A stretch of 64,000 bases of DNA from an uncultured virus (IMG/VR IMGVR_UViG_3300029268_000005) (IMGVR_UViG_3300029268_000005), one strand, 5' to 3'; counted from the stretch's first letter, positions 10,581 to 20,614 are shown. A program made the numbers and translations. The notes: generated by a model not told the origin, from the letters alone.

Positions 10581-11343
10581 GATTGGCCTCCTCGATGATT
10601 CGAGCCAATGCAGCTGCCTTGTCGGAGATACCTAGTGCGGTATTGCCGATGGACTGTCCAGGACTCCTGACACGAGCTATGGCCAATTTACTTGCACCCT
10701 GTTTTCCTGCCATGGCCAACTCCGGTGAAGCCGGTTGTATAGCCTCGATAGGTTTGATCGCCGATTCGGCCTGTGCACTCTCCCCGCCACCACCGGAGTC
10801 TCCTCCGGACGCATCTTCAGCACCAGCCTCGCGATCTTCAGGTCGCAGCAACATATCAGGAGGAACCTGCAAGCCCATTGTGTTGAAGATCGTCACCATC
10901 ATCTTCTTGAGCTGATAGATTTCCTCGCCAGGATCAATCTTGGTAGGCTTCTTAGCCCCAGACGCTCCGTCCGAGCCCTTAGCGCCACCAGCCCCACCCA
11001 TGGCTTCCTGTATGATCTGGCGAACACGTTCCTCAGTAAGGCCCGCAGCAGCCCCTGCAGGGGCACCAGACGGCGCTGGAGGCATTCCACCCATGGAAGG
11101 GTCCATCGGGGCGCCAGCAGCCATTGCCGGGTCCATAGGAGGCATTCCGCCCATCATAGACGGGTCCATCGGCGGCATCCCGCCCATCATGGCTGGGTCC
11201 ATAGGCATTCCTGGAGGTGCTCCACCGGCCATAGCCGGATCGGCAGGCATTCCACCAGCGGCCATGGCAGGATCAACAAATGCCGCTTTGTTATGCAGCT
11301 CTTTGACCAGTGTCAGCAGCGCCGGGTTGAAGATTGTGTTCAT
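10561..11343 (-). CDS. Low-complexity Met/Pro/Gly-repeat protein (260 aa)
   Basis: Tandem PPMDP(A/S)M(M)GGM-type repeats; K-x-A motifs. Confidence 0.7.
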   Translation of the reverse strand: MNTIFNPALLTLVKELHNKAAFVDPAMAAGGMPADPAMAGGAPPGMPMDPAMMGGMPPMDPSMMGGMPPMDPAMAAGAPMDPSMGGMPPAPSGAPAGAAAGLTEERVRQIIQEAMGGAGGAKGSDGASGAKKPTKIDPGEEIYQLKKMMVTIFNTMGLQVPPDMLLRPEDREAGAEDASGGDSGGGGESAQAESAIKPIEAIQPASPELAMAGKQGASKLAIARVRSPGQSIGNTALGISDKAAALARIIEEANRAAKGA

Positions 11344-11425
11344 GCGTTGAATCCCTGTAACTAATTAAGGTAGGACAGCCTGTAGTATAGCTCGTATAAC
11401 CATCGCTAACTACGTCGGCACAGCA

Positions 11426-14400
11426 TCACTGGTCTATCTCAACTACAGCATTAGCAGGCAGATCGCCACGTAGGTAGGCTGCGATTGCGTCCTGTTGCGA
11501 CCGCATGTAATGCACTCTGGACTTACCCTTGGCTCGGCTAGTGCCTGCATACAGGCCACCTAGAAATTCAGTTGTGGGTGCGTGTACGGGCGTCTTGAAA
11601 TCTGCAGGGCTTAGCAAATTACGGCTGGGCAACATGCGTTCAACAGCGTCTCGCTTCGCCTCTTCTGACACCGGCACATGAAACTGCATGGCGTCACCGT
11701 CGAAGTCAGCATTGAAGCCTTTGACGATGAGCGGACTAATCTGCATCGTTTTACCTTTAGTCAGCTGTGGCCAGAATGCCATGATGCCAAAGCGATGCAG
11801 CACCGGTGCGCGATTTATGATGACAGGCCGATTAGCCATTTCGGCCAGCATTTCTTTCTTGGCCGTGGGCGTTCGTTCCTTGGCCTGTCGTGCAGCTTCT
11901 ACAATGTTAAGCCCCTTGCGGTGCAACCTACGCACAATGAAGTTCTTATAGATGTCCCAAGCTCGATCCTCAGGGATGGCTACTTGATCCATATCCAAGT
12001 CAGGATTTGGACTAATGACAGCGCGACCTACAAGATCCACGGTGGTGCTTATGAGTCGGCGCTGTACAGTGTTGCCCGAGAAGAACGGTTTGCCGTTCCT
12101 CCGTACATAGACAATGCCATTAGGCACACTGACACAGTGAACCTGCCCAACATAATTCACAACCTTGTGACTTTTCTTACCTTCAGCAACGACAAACTTG
12201 CTGTCGGAAAGATTTATTCGGCAAAGTGGCTGACAGACCTCGTCTCGCGCCGGCATCCAACGAAGACGAGCAGTCACACCCAGCTTGCACGCGATTTCCT
12301 GTATATCGCCGGCAAGAGCCTCGCTGATCGTATGCGCATTCTGATGACGGGACAACAACTGGCCACAATTCTTGTGCGTTACGCCTCCACCGTTTTGCCT
12401 TGGACTGTATCGTCGCGTTCCATCTCCGTCGAGATAAGCAAGAAAGAACGCTTTCAAAAAAGGTGCATCCCAGTCACGAATCTTAGCTGACAACTTTTTG
12501 GTTTTTGAGCCAGTTCGAACATTCGTTGTCAGCCACTTCGCCAGGTCTTTCGACCGGATTGACCATTGCCACACCCAAGTCTTGCCCTTACTACTTGCAC
12601 GAAAGTATTTACCAACAGAAAACTTGATGCCAAGCGATTGTACAAGTCGAGCTATTTCCTTGCACTTCACCTCATGCTTGACTGCTTGACACAGTTGTAT
12701 GCAGTCACGTTTACGATCGCCTAGCCAACCCTCTGCTGCCCACCAGCCGACAAATGCCGCAAAGTCTTGTAGCCTGCATGATTTGCTCAAGAAACTAGGA
12801 CGACGACGATGACCACGCCACGTCGAGGCAGCTGTACGAAACCATTTGCGGTTGCCGTTGGCGGCAGTCATATACGCACGCTCAATTTGCCAGCCAGCCT
12901 CCATGTCATCGGCGCTATCCACATCTCCGCGACGATAACGTATCCAATTACGGTGATTAGGCGTTACGACAGAATCCAAGCCGCGAGAGGTACCAAACCA
13001 GAACAACTCACCATCATAGTCCCAGTGGAATACTCCTTTCGTCATCTGCCATTCAAACGCGCCTGTGTCCGGGTTCAATGTTCCTACCTGGGTATCGTCA
13101 GTAAGCTCCGGGAATTTCACCCAGCCGTCTTTTGTCAAAATTTCTGTATCGTCGTCATAGCAGCCAAACTTTGGACTTGAGCCAAACACACGGGACAATA
13201 TGCCCTTCACTCGTTTCTGTTGCAGCTTGGGGTGAACAGGGTCGCCAAGACCTGTGATAGCCTTGAACGTGTTGTACACAGCTAACCGCTCATCACCGAC
13301 GTCTGACACTTTGCCTTGAAGCTCTTTCAGATTATCAACAGCGTCGAAGGCATCTTTGTACAAATAGTTGACGTCTGACACAAGCGGTAGATTGGAGTCC
13401 TGCATCACACTGATCGGACGAAACATAGGCGGCAAAACAGGTATCTTGGATATCATCCAATCACCTGGATGTATGCCGAGCTCCTTGGCCGACTTCAAAT
13501 ATCCGAGTTTACGGATCGCTGTGTCTCTAGCAGTCTTCTTGCTGCCGTGTATCTGCGCTCGTGCTAACTCAATCTCGTGATCCAGATTGAGCTTCTGCAA
13601 TGCCGTCTGAATAGCCTTAGGTCCCTTGCCAGTCGGCAACGAGTCCTTACCAGCCAAAACATCAAGGAACTTTTGTTCCGTGAGTCCGAGAATACGGCGT
13701 ATTGGCTCCTCCATCACTGGCGAAGGCATTACCTCAGGCAACCGTATAAAAGACCAACGATTGCCGTCAGTACCACCTGTCAACGACGGGTCAAACAAAC
13801 CGCCAGGAACCGGCTTTAGCGCACCTTCACGATCAAGCTGCATAGTCTTGGCCGTCTTCAACTCACGGGTGCCGGCCATTACGTCTACATCTTTATCGGT
13901 CAGAGCCATTAGCTGCAGCTTAGACCCTGTGGGCACAACATTGATTCCAGCGCCCTTCAGCTCACTGACAAACTTTTGCCACACCATCGGCACCTTAGTA
14001 GCCGTGGGTGTGTGACCTTGCATGAGCTTGAGCCAGAAGTCTTCGTTACGTTGTCCACGAATCTGCATAGCGTCTTGCAGCACACCAACAGACCCGTGGC
14101 TCAACAGAGCACTGGTGTCCATGAGACTGATCCGCTTACTTCCAGTCTCCCCTCCTTTAGAGGGACTGCCTTCAGATGTGTAGCCGCCAGTGCCTCGACC
14201 TTGGCTCTTAGACTCTGCAGTATGTGCAAGCTTCATGATGAAGCGATTGCCAACAAGCACGTCCTTGATCTTACGCCCCGTCTCAGGGTCGATGATGTCT
14301 TCGGTATCCTTCATACCGTGCTTGGCCAACTCGTCCATCGCGTACTTGACCATGTCCTGGTCTGTTTCAAAATCGATGGGCTTATATGGCTTGCCGGTTA

Positions 14401-17400
14401 TGGCAGCTATCTTGCCTAGCGCAGCCTCTACAACCTGCGCTGGATTTCCACGTGTAATCACGCCCAGAGGATTAGCCAACACTTCCAGCGGTCGTCCCTG
14501 GCTGTCATGCGGCATTTTCTCATCAGGGATGATTCCGGAGATTATGCCCTTATCGCCATATCTGCCACTGTTACCACACCATACTGGTTTGCCATTACGT
14601 CTAACATACAGTACATGATTTTTAGGCAGGCTCACACAGTACACCTGCCCATTAAAATGAACCCATTGCTCCTTCTGTCCTAACTGCTTACTACAATGGC
14701 CGTGATTGATCTCAGGCTGGTTTTTGCTGCGATAAATTGACACCCAATAGCGTTTGCGGAACCTGTATCGACGACCCTTTATGACACCAATTCTACTAGG
14801 TTGAAAATCAATATTGGCACTCATACCTAGATGCAAGGCTAATCGTTGAACATCATCTGCCAGTCGTCGAGACGTGGTGTGATACGCATGTGATGTACCT
14901 GTGCAAGAACCATCACCCCACATAAGCCAATCGTACAGTACTTGAAGCGTAGCCCTATCCCAGTTGAAAACGCTTAATGGGATAAACTTTTGCCAACACT
15001 TACCAAACTGACGTAGATGCTGATACCACTGCAGACTGTAAACGCGAATCTTAGTCTTTCGGCTGTGTTCGCTAAATTTGACACCCATCTGGCGTAACGC
15101 ACATAGCAGATGTTTGCGACCTGGTTGTTTAATTTGCGTGATATCGAAGCCACAACCATGCCGGCCAGAATTGAATGTATTGCCTTCAGACAGGAACGCG
15201 CCGAGAACAGCTGCGTAAGTCTTCACTGGTACCTTCAATGCCGGGATGACCCTTTTACCGCGACCGCTCTGACCTGCTTTAACAGTTACAGCCGCTAGCG
15301 TCACGAATTTAGGACTACGCCCGATCCATTCGCCGTCACGCTTCAACCGATATCGCTTACCGTACAGATGTCTAGCTTCAATTAACGAATAATGCTTACT
15401 GTTTCTCGGTTGTGCGTAAAGACTGTGATTGTCAGTGACACACAAACTGACCTGCGTTGTTTCCAAGGAGTACATAGGCCCGGTGTACGAAAACTGCTGT
15501 ATTGCCGCCGGTAACAAATACTCTATCTGATTATCGGCTGTAAGTGACGCACAGCGATCACGCGGGGTTATCGACGAAATCAATTTCCACCCTGTGGCTG
15601 TTAGGCACTCCGTATCAGGGCTGTAGCACAGCTTGTCCCCGACTTCGGTGCTAGCTATCGATTTGACAACTACAGTGACACCCTTGTCGTTTCGTACGAC
15701 GTCAGTCACCTCGCCAGGAGAATGGTGGTTCCACAACACACTGGCGTCAGTGAAAGACTTGGCACCCTTCTTATGCACACGACCATAACTCGGCGTGCGC
15801 TCTTGTGCCGCAACTATCAGCGGGTCATCTTCGCTGACGATAGAGCCGGGTCGAACAATGCCGTCGTCATCCAGTTGGCCAAGTTGCTTGCGGTCGAACT
15901 TCGTTGCAAACAACGAGACAAATGCCTTCTTCCCGACCTTATGAGAATCGCTGGGCTCAAACTTGTGTTGATACATATGTTCGCTGTCGAGACGCTTGGC
16001 AAAGCTCTCTGACACAACATAAGCATCTTCGAAGTTCAATCCACCGAATGGTACGTAGGCAATACGGGCGTTCTTACCTAACGCCAAAGCACCTGTCTTG
16101 TCCGTGGAATTTGTACGTACTAGCAAATCACCCGGCTTGAATACATCACCAGGCTTAACCGTGGCAAACTGGTGATGATAGCTCTTACGATTGTTCGGAT
16201 AATTGTTGTACAGCGGGAAGGTCTGCTTATTGCCATCTTCGTACTGCACTGTCAGTGCGTCAGCTGTGGCGTCTAGCACACGACCAGCTTTGTCAGAGAA
16301 TACCGTACCGAGCTTACGAGCATACTCTTCCTCGTAGCTAGCGCCCGGCTTATCCGGCATACCTGACTGAACCCACGGAGCCTCAGGATCAACAAGATTG
16401 AGGGCCTGCGTAATGAACCTGGAGCCCATGACAGTGCGCTGGCCCTTAACCATGCTCTTGAGCGGCACTAGATTGCCTAATGGCGACATGGCTTGTTCGA
16501 AATGCGGTACGACATAGTCGACATCGCTCTTCTTCACCCACTGCATACGCCCGTTACGCATGGCAACGACGCGAGGCAGCTGCGTGTTCATCTCACCTGG
16601 AAATGCTATCGTGGAGTTGGCAATGTCTTGTGGCGATCTGTAGACCTGTTTGCCAGTCTTGATGTCGACGAATGGTGAGTACAGCTTGCCGCCAGGGCCT
16701 TTGCGCGAAGCTCGTGCAAAGTACACATCCACACCGCTACGATAAGACTCAGGAGTACGCAGCGGATCGACAAAGTTCAGATGCGACGGCTGCACCGTTC
16801 GGGCATCTTCTGGCACAGCGTCCATGCTGGACAGACCACCCTCACCCATACGAGTAAGCTTCCATAGCTTATCGTATATCTCGGCGGAATTAACTTCTTC
16901 CAGGTTCTGACCAAGACCAGAGTTCAGCAGCGCTGATTCAAGCTGCTTTCCCAAGGCATTAGCAGGAATAGCCGACAAGCCATTCTTGAATGTGGCCCTG
17001 TACAGCAGCTTTCTACGCATACCGCCGTAGTCTTTGGCAAGACGCTCAGCAAAGATGTCTTCAGGAGAATGCACAGTCTGGAAGGCTAGATGATCACGGT
17101 CATCCACTTCCTGCTTACCTTGTGAGATAGCAAGCAGTTTCTTCGTAGTATCCAAAATGGCCGGCAATGTCAGTCGATCATACGGCTTTCCGAGCGTAGC
17201 TTTTGTGACCTCAGGATCAAGCCGCATGTCTGATAGCGACTTGGCTAGCATCTCACGACGCATGTTGTCGTCGGCATCAGCTGGAACCCTAGACACAAAA
17301 CGCTGTACCAGTTTGTGAAGCGCTACCGTCTTATCCGCACCGCTGTTGGCAGCGAGAATATCAGGGCCCCACGCTTCATTAAGCATCTTGTCGTCGGCAC

Positions 17401-18019
17401 CCATGGCCCGTAGCAACGGAATCATGGGAATCTTGGCCTGTCCTACGCGGGCGTAAAAGACACCCTTGGCAGGATCAAGAAAGTAACGATGTGCACGACC
17501 TTCACCCGGCAACACGTTAACGTGTGCTTCTATCTCGTTGTTCTCTTTGACACGAGTGAATATACCGGGTCGCAACCGAAGCTGGCTGGTAAGCGTGTAC
17601 TCGTTACCACGGAAGATGAATGTGCCTCGTTGTGTCATGTGAGGCACACGAGCTATAGTCATCTTTCGTTGTTCGACAACTTGATTGTCGGCGGCATTGA
17701 TGAGTCGCCACGTTCCTCGCAAACGCCTATCCAACGTACCGTTGGTAAGTACGGCCTTCTTCTCTTCAGCCGGCGTACGTTCCTCGGGGTCAGCGTAATG
17801 TACGTCAGCCAGCTGCAAGCTGTAGCGATTGTTAGACAGCGGCTTGAGCTTCTGTGCCGCATCCAAGACATTGGCATAAATGCCACGCCGTGTCTGCGCA
17901 GGATTACCAAACTCAGCCAGCGTAGTCTCATCAGGCTCTACAAATGCCGGTGGAGCAATCGGCGGCAATTCGTCGGCCTGCTTGTCGCACAGAAAAGCAT
18001 CGTCACTGAAGACACTCAT
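11426..18019 (-). CDS. rpoB: RNA polymerase beta fused to beta' N-terminal half (RpoB-RpoC1-like), containing catalytic NADFDGD and two inteins
   Basis: beta motifs GTFIFRGNEY..SQLRLRPG, TPES, GLNFEDA, GDKL/SGRYGDKG, NPLGVITRGN, MKLAH; then beta' motifs GGLFD, IPVLPPMFRP, VDLVGRAVI, NRAPVLHR, FNADFDGDAM. Confidence 0.93.
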   Translation of the reverse strand: MSVFSDDAFLCDKQADELPPIAPPAFVEPDETTLAEFGNPAQTRRGIYANVLDAAQKLKPLSNNRYSLQLADVHYADPEERTPAEEKKAVLTNGTLDRRLRGTWRLINAADNQVVEQRKMTIARVPHMTQRGTFIFRGNEYTLTSQLRLRPGIFTRVKENNEIEAHVNVLPGEGRAHRYFLDPAKGVFYARVGQAKIPMIPLLRAMGADDKMLNEAWGPDILAANSGADKTVALHKLVQRFVSRVPADADDNMRREMLAKSLSDMRLDPEVTKATLGKPYDRLTLPAILDTTKKLLAISQGKQEVDDRDHLAFQTVHSPEDIFAERLAKDYGGMRRKLLYRATFKNGLSAIPANALGKQLESALLNSGLGQNLEEVNSAEIYDKLWKLTRMGEGGLSSMDAVPEDARTVQPSHLNFVDPLRTPESYRSGVDVYFARASRKGPGGKLYSPFVDIKTGKQVYRSPQDIANSTIAFPGEMNTQLPRVVAMRNGRMQWVKKSDVDYVVPHFEQAMSPLGNLVPLKSMVKGQRTVMGSRFITQALNLVDPEAPWVQSGMPDKPGASYEEEYARKLGTVFSDKAGRVLDATADALTVQYEDGNKQTFPLYNNYPNNRKSYHHQFATVKPGDVFKPGDLLVRTNSTDKTGALALGKNARIAYVPFGGLNFEDAYVVSESFAKRLDSEHMYQHKFEPSDSHKVGKKAFVSLFATKFDRKQLGQLDDDGIVRPGSIVSEDDPLIVAAQERTPSYGRVHKKGAKSFTDASVLWNHHSPGEVTDVVRNDKGVTVVVKSIASTEVGDKLCYSPDTECLTATGWKLISSITPRDRCASLTADNQIEYLLPAAIQQFSYTGPMYSLETTQVSLCVTDNHSLYAQPRNSKHYSLIEARHLYGKRYRLKRDGEWIGRSPKFVTLAAVTVKAGQSGRGKRVIPALKVPVKTYAAVLGAFLSEGNTFNSGRHGCGFDITQIKQPGRKHLLCALRQMGVKFSEHSRKTKIRVYSLQWYQHLRQFGKCWQKFIPLSVFNWDRATLQVLYDWLMWGDGSCTGTSHAYHTTSRRLADDVQRLALHLGMSANIDFQPSRIGVIKGRRYRFRKRYWVSIYRSKNQPEINHGHCSKQLGQKEQWVHFNGQVYCVSLPKNHVLYVRRNGKPVWCGNSGRYGDKGIISGIIPDEKMPHDSQGRPLEVLANPLGVITRGNPAQVVEAALGKIAAITGKPYKPIDFETDQDMVKYAMDELAKHGMKDTEDIIDPETGRKIKDVLVGNRFIMKLAHTAESKSQGRGTGGYTSEGSPSKGGETGSKRISLMDTSALLSHGSVGVLQDAMQIRGQRNEDFWLKLMQGHTPTATKVPMVWQKFVSELKGAGINVVPTGSKLQLMALTDKDVDVMAGTRELKTAKTMQLDREGALKPVPGGLFDPSLTGGTDGNRWSFIRLPEVMPSPVMEEPIRRILGLTEQKFLDVLAGKDSLPTGKGPKAIQTALQKLNLDHEIELARAQIHGSKKTARDTAIRKLGYLKSAKELGIHPGDWMISKIPVLPPMFRPISVMQDSNLPLVSDVNYLYKDAFDAVDNLKELQGKVSDVGDERLAVYNTFKAITGLGDPVHPKLQQKRVKGILSRVFGSSPKFGCYDDDTEILTKDGWVKFPELTDDTQVGTLNPDTGAFEWQMTKGVFHWDYDGELFWFGTSRGLDSVVTPNHRNWIRYRRGDVDSADDMEAGWQIERAYMTAANGNRKWFRTAASTWRGHRRRPSFLSKSCRLQDFAAFVGWWAAEGWLGDRKRDCIQLCQAVKHEVKCKEIARLVQSLGIKFSVGKYFRASSKGKTWVWQWSIRSKDLAKWLTTNVRTGSKTKKLSAKIRDWDAPFLKAFFLAYLDGDGTRRYSPRQNGGGVTHKNCGQLLSRHQNAHTISEALAGDIQEIACKLGVTARLRWMPARDEVCQPLCRINLSDSKFVVAEGKKSHKVVNYVGQVHCVSVPNGIVYVRRNGKPFFSGNTVQRRLISTTVDLVGRAVISPNPDLDMDQVAIPEDRAWDIYKNFIVRRLHRKGLNIVEAARQAKERTPTAKKEMLAEMANRPVIINRAPVLHRFGIMAFWPQLTKGKTMQISPLIVKGFNADFDGDAMQFHVPVSEEAKRDAVERMLPSRNLLSPADFKTPVHAPTTEFLGGLYAGTSRAKGKSRVHYMRSQQDAIAAYLRGDLPANAVVEIDQ
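12071..13162 (-). mobile_element. Intein with LAGLIDADG endonuclease (364 aa) in the beta' switch-2 region
   Basis: Starts CYDDDTEILT, ends YVRRNGKPFFSGN, +1 Thr; FVGWWAAEG and FLAYLDGDG. Confidence 0.92.
14570..15628 (-). mobile_element. Intein with LAGLIDADG endonuclease (353 aa) in the beta GDK-x-SGR-x-G-x-KG motif
   Basis: Starts CYSPDTECLT, ends YVRRNGKPVWCGN, +1 Ser; VLGAFLSEG and LMWGDG. Confidence 0.92.
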
Positions 18020-18021
18020 TG

Positions 18022-18843
18022 TCAGACATCCTGGGCTGTAACGTCTTCATCACTGTTATCGACGTCAACCGGACGGGCGAACACAGGCACCGGACGGATT
18101 TGCGCCTGTGCATTCTCATACTTCTTGACAGCCTTGCGCAGTAGCTCGCTGGGGCTACGCTTTTTGGTGACGTCGTACATCATTTTGGCTACGACGAGTG
18201 CAGGAAGCATGGCCACAGAGCCGTACATACCTGCAGCCTGTCCAAGTGTGTGCCCCCAGGAGGACGCCTGCTTCTCATTGCTACTGATCAGATCGAACAA
18301 GTCTTCCAGAGCCGTGGACAACTCAGCAGTTTTGCCAGGCACTCCACGCAAGGTGCGTTCGTAGTCCTGCTCAGCATCGGTTAGATCTGTTTGCAGATCG
18401 GCTTTATGCCGCTTGCCTAACAACCAATCGATCAGTTTCCAACCGCCATATGTGGCTGCCGTGGTACCGCCGATCATTGCCGGTGCGGCCCAAGGAATAC
18501 CGCTTGTATCCTCGGCGTAATGTCCGGCAAACCATTTCTTGAGAGGGTCGGTAAACGTATCAGGCGTCGGCACGGGGTTGGCCCGTTTCTGTAGCGGCTT
18601 TCGCTTAACAGGAATGTCCATGACTATAGGCTTTGGAACCTTGAGGCTTGGCGGCGAGATGTTACTGTGAGCCATGTTGTACAGCCCCAGCAAACCTCGT
18701 GAGCCGGCACCAACGCCAAGACCCATCGTCATAAGTGCCGCCAGCTGCTTGAAGGCTGTATTACGCAGCATCTCAGCGTTTGCTGACTGCAATACTTCGC
18801 TAGGCACTTTGCTAAGGTCCAATCCGTCTGCTTCGTTAGCCAT
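18022..18843 (-). CDS. Probable virion protein with hydrophobic Gly-rich segments (273 aa)
   Basis: GLGVGAGSRGLLG segment; KRA, KTA, KQA motifs. Confidence 0.65.
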   Translation of the reverse strand: MANEADGLDLSKVPSEVLQSANAEMLRNTAFKQLAALMTMGLGVGAGSRGLLGLYNMAHSNISPPSLKVPKPIVMDIPVKRKPLQKRANPVPTPDTFTDPLKKWFAGHYAEDTSGIPWAAPAMIGGTTAATYGGWKLIDWLLGKRHKADLQTDLTDAEQDYERTLRGVPGKTAELSTALEDLFDLISSNEKQASSWGHTLGQAAGMYGSVAMLPALVVAKMMYDVTKKRSPSELLRKAVKKYENAQAQIRPVPVFARPVDVDNSDEDVTAQDV

Positions 18844-19237
18844 GTTTCGCTCCTGTTGTCGCCGGATTCAATTCTGGTGGTAAACGATGTTTGGCCAATT
18901 CTCGTTGAGGTACAGACCACACAACGTAAACCAGTATCGTCACACTACCATCCGGCCGTTTGACCCACTTTTCCTGCATCCTGTAGATCACGTACCACTG
19001 ATTCACAGAACGGTCTACGATTTCACGCAACTTATCACGCTGCGCAGGGTCGCCCATGTCGAAGATATCGATATCTGCATCATGGACTACCTCCGTGTAC
19101 TTTTGGTATTCGTCGTCACGCAGTAGAACTGGTGCGCCCCTAAACGGCAGACCATCAACAGCCGTTCTACCAAAATGCAAAGGTCCTCTTTCATTGTCCG
19201 ACGAAGTGTTCTTGTCACGATACTTGAGAAATGACAT
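18836..19237 (-). CDS. Hypothetical protein (133 aa)
   Basis: Coupled ORF. Confidence 0.65.
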   Translation of the reverse strand: MSFLKYRDKNTSSDNERGPLHFGRTAVDGLPFRGAPVLLRDDEYQKYTEVVHDADIDIFDMGDPAQRDKLREIVDRSVNQWYVIYRMQEKWVKRPDGSVTILVYVVWSVPQRELAKHRLPPELNPATTGAKHG

Positions 19238-20172
19238 CAGGTAACTGTCCGGCCACGCTGTGGCGTTGTTTGTTTACGCTGCTGTGCCTGTCTCCGTTGG
19301 CTCGCTTGTGCAGCTGCAATTCGAAGTTCTTCGATCCGTCGTCGAACACGGACGTCTTCCAAATCTTCGTCGCCAAGATTCGTAAACTTGGCCAAGCCAT
19401 AACCGCCAAGAGCACCAGCGCTTAACGGGGCGGCAAAAGCACTCACCAAACCCAAGGAGCCAAGCGTCTTGATTGCCGATGAAGACAAGTCTAGGCCAGT
19501 GCCAATAACCTTGTCTGCAGTGCCCTTTAGAAAGTCGTAGCCGGGTATCCATTCGGATATGTCAGCCTGCTTATTCACGCGCTGCTGTTCGGCCGATTCC
19601 TTTTCCTTGAGGTACTTGGAGTTGACCACCCAAGGTAGCGCAGCGTTAACAGTGGCCATATCAACTAGCGCCGGCATATTGCGACGGATATTGGGGTGAT
19701 GTAGAAAGTCGGCACCCCGCGCACCCTCGGGCAAGTACGTCATGGCATCTTCCAATCGATTGTTCCAGTGATTGGAAAGATAGCGACCCAGCAAACCTCC
19801 GCCAACACCGCCTACTCCAGCGCCGATGCCAGTGCCCAGGCCAGGATTATCCACCGCATAGCCTGACCCGGAGCCGATGAGCCCGCCCCCCAAGGCCCCT
19901 ATCAGGCTCCCCAGCACGGTGTCGATGTTGGGATTACGCATGTACTGCGCAATTGGCGCCGCAGAGCTGGTTCGTGGGAACCACTGTGACTTGCCAGCAT
20001 CAATGTCACGACGATCACGCTCGGTGAGTTCGCGAGGAGCAGCCTGCTTTTCCAAGCTTACTTGCCCCAGGAGCAGTGCGTGCTTGACGTATGCGGTTGT
20101 CTCGTCGATAGTCATGCCGAGACTAGCGCAATGCGCAAGCATGGCTACTTTGAATGCTTCCTTGTCGGTCAT
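19237..20172 (-). CDS. Glycine-zipper probable virion protein (311 aa)
   Basis: GSLIGALGGGLIG and GTGIGAGVGGVGGGLLG; KEA, KQA (x2). Confidence 0.7.
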   Translation of the reverse strand: MTDKEAFKVAMLAHCASLGMTIDETTAYVKHALLLGQVSLEKQAAPRELTERDRRDIDAGKSQWFPRTSSAAPIAQYMRNPNIDTVLGSLIGALGGGLIGSGSGYAVDNPGLGTGIGAGVGGVGGGLLGRYLSNHWNNRLEDAMTYLPEGARGADFLHHPNIRRNMPALVDMATVNAALPWVVNSKYLKEKESAEQQRVNKQADISEWIPGYDFLKGTADKVIGTGLDLSSSAIKTLGSLGLVSAFAAPLSAGALGGYGLAKFTNLGDEDLEDVRVRRRIEELRIAAAQASQRRQAQQRKQTTPQRGRTVT

Positions 20173-20182
20173 CGCTGGCTCC

Positions 20183-20614
20183 TTACCAACTACGCACTAG
20201 TTCATCAAAATGTGTTGTGTCTACGATATGGACACCGGACGAACCTTGGGCCTGTCGAACACGATGTCGTGCAGCACGATTGGCATGAGAGACAATAGCG
20301 TCGAACTCCTGCGACTGTTCTCGTGCATTACGGATAACAAGCTCCATGTCACAGACGAACTGCTGGAGCTTCATGCGCTCATTGGCGTAACCGCCGTCAG
20401 AGCTGTTAGTCACCATTTCGCTCAAAGCGATAGCACGCTTGGCGGCATCCTGCCAGAACATAGAGCCATACTTGCCCTTGCCCTCGTCAAAATAACAAAC
20501 GACACCACCCTCAGCCCAGAACGTCATCGGCTTGCCCGCACCCCACAACGGGTACAGCTTAGCCATTGTTCCACTAGCCAATACGCGTGTAGGACGATAC
20601 ATCGATTGAGCCAT
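20183..20614 (-). CDS. Hypothetical protein (143 aa)
   Basis: ORF tiling. Confidence 0.65.
   Translation of the reverse strand: MAQSMYRPTRVLASGTMAKLYPLWGAGKPMTFWAEGGVVCYFDEGKGKYGSMFWQDAAKRAIALSEMVTNSSDGGYANERMKLQQFVCDMELVIRNAREQSQEFDAIVSHANRAARHRVRQAQGSSGVHIVDTTHFDELVRSW

Noticed and set aside
11080..11290. DNA tandem repeats as a CRISPR-like array
   Set aside because: They are in-frame, degenerate at codon third positions and explained by peptide repeats
11378..11400. TATACT/TATATT boxes (also near 26960) as phage-RNAP promoters
   Set aside because: Too short and too few to define a consensus by eye
4614..18019. Host chromosomal rpoBC locus
   Set aside because: No flanking ribosomal-protein genes, strong divergence, lost Zn sites and phage-like neighbours
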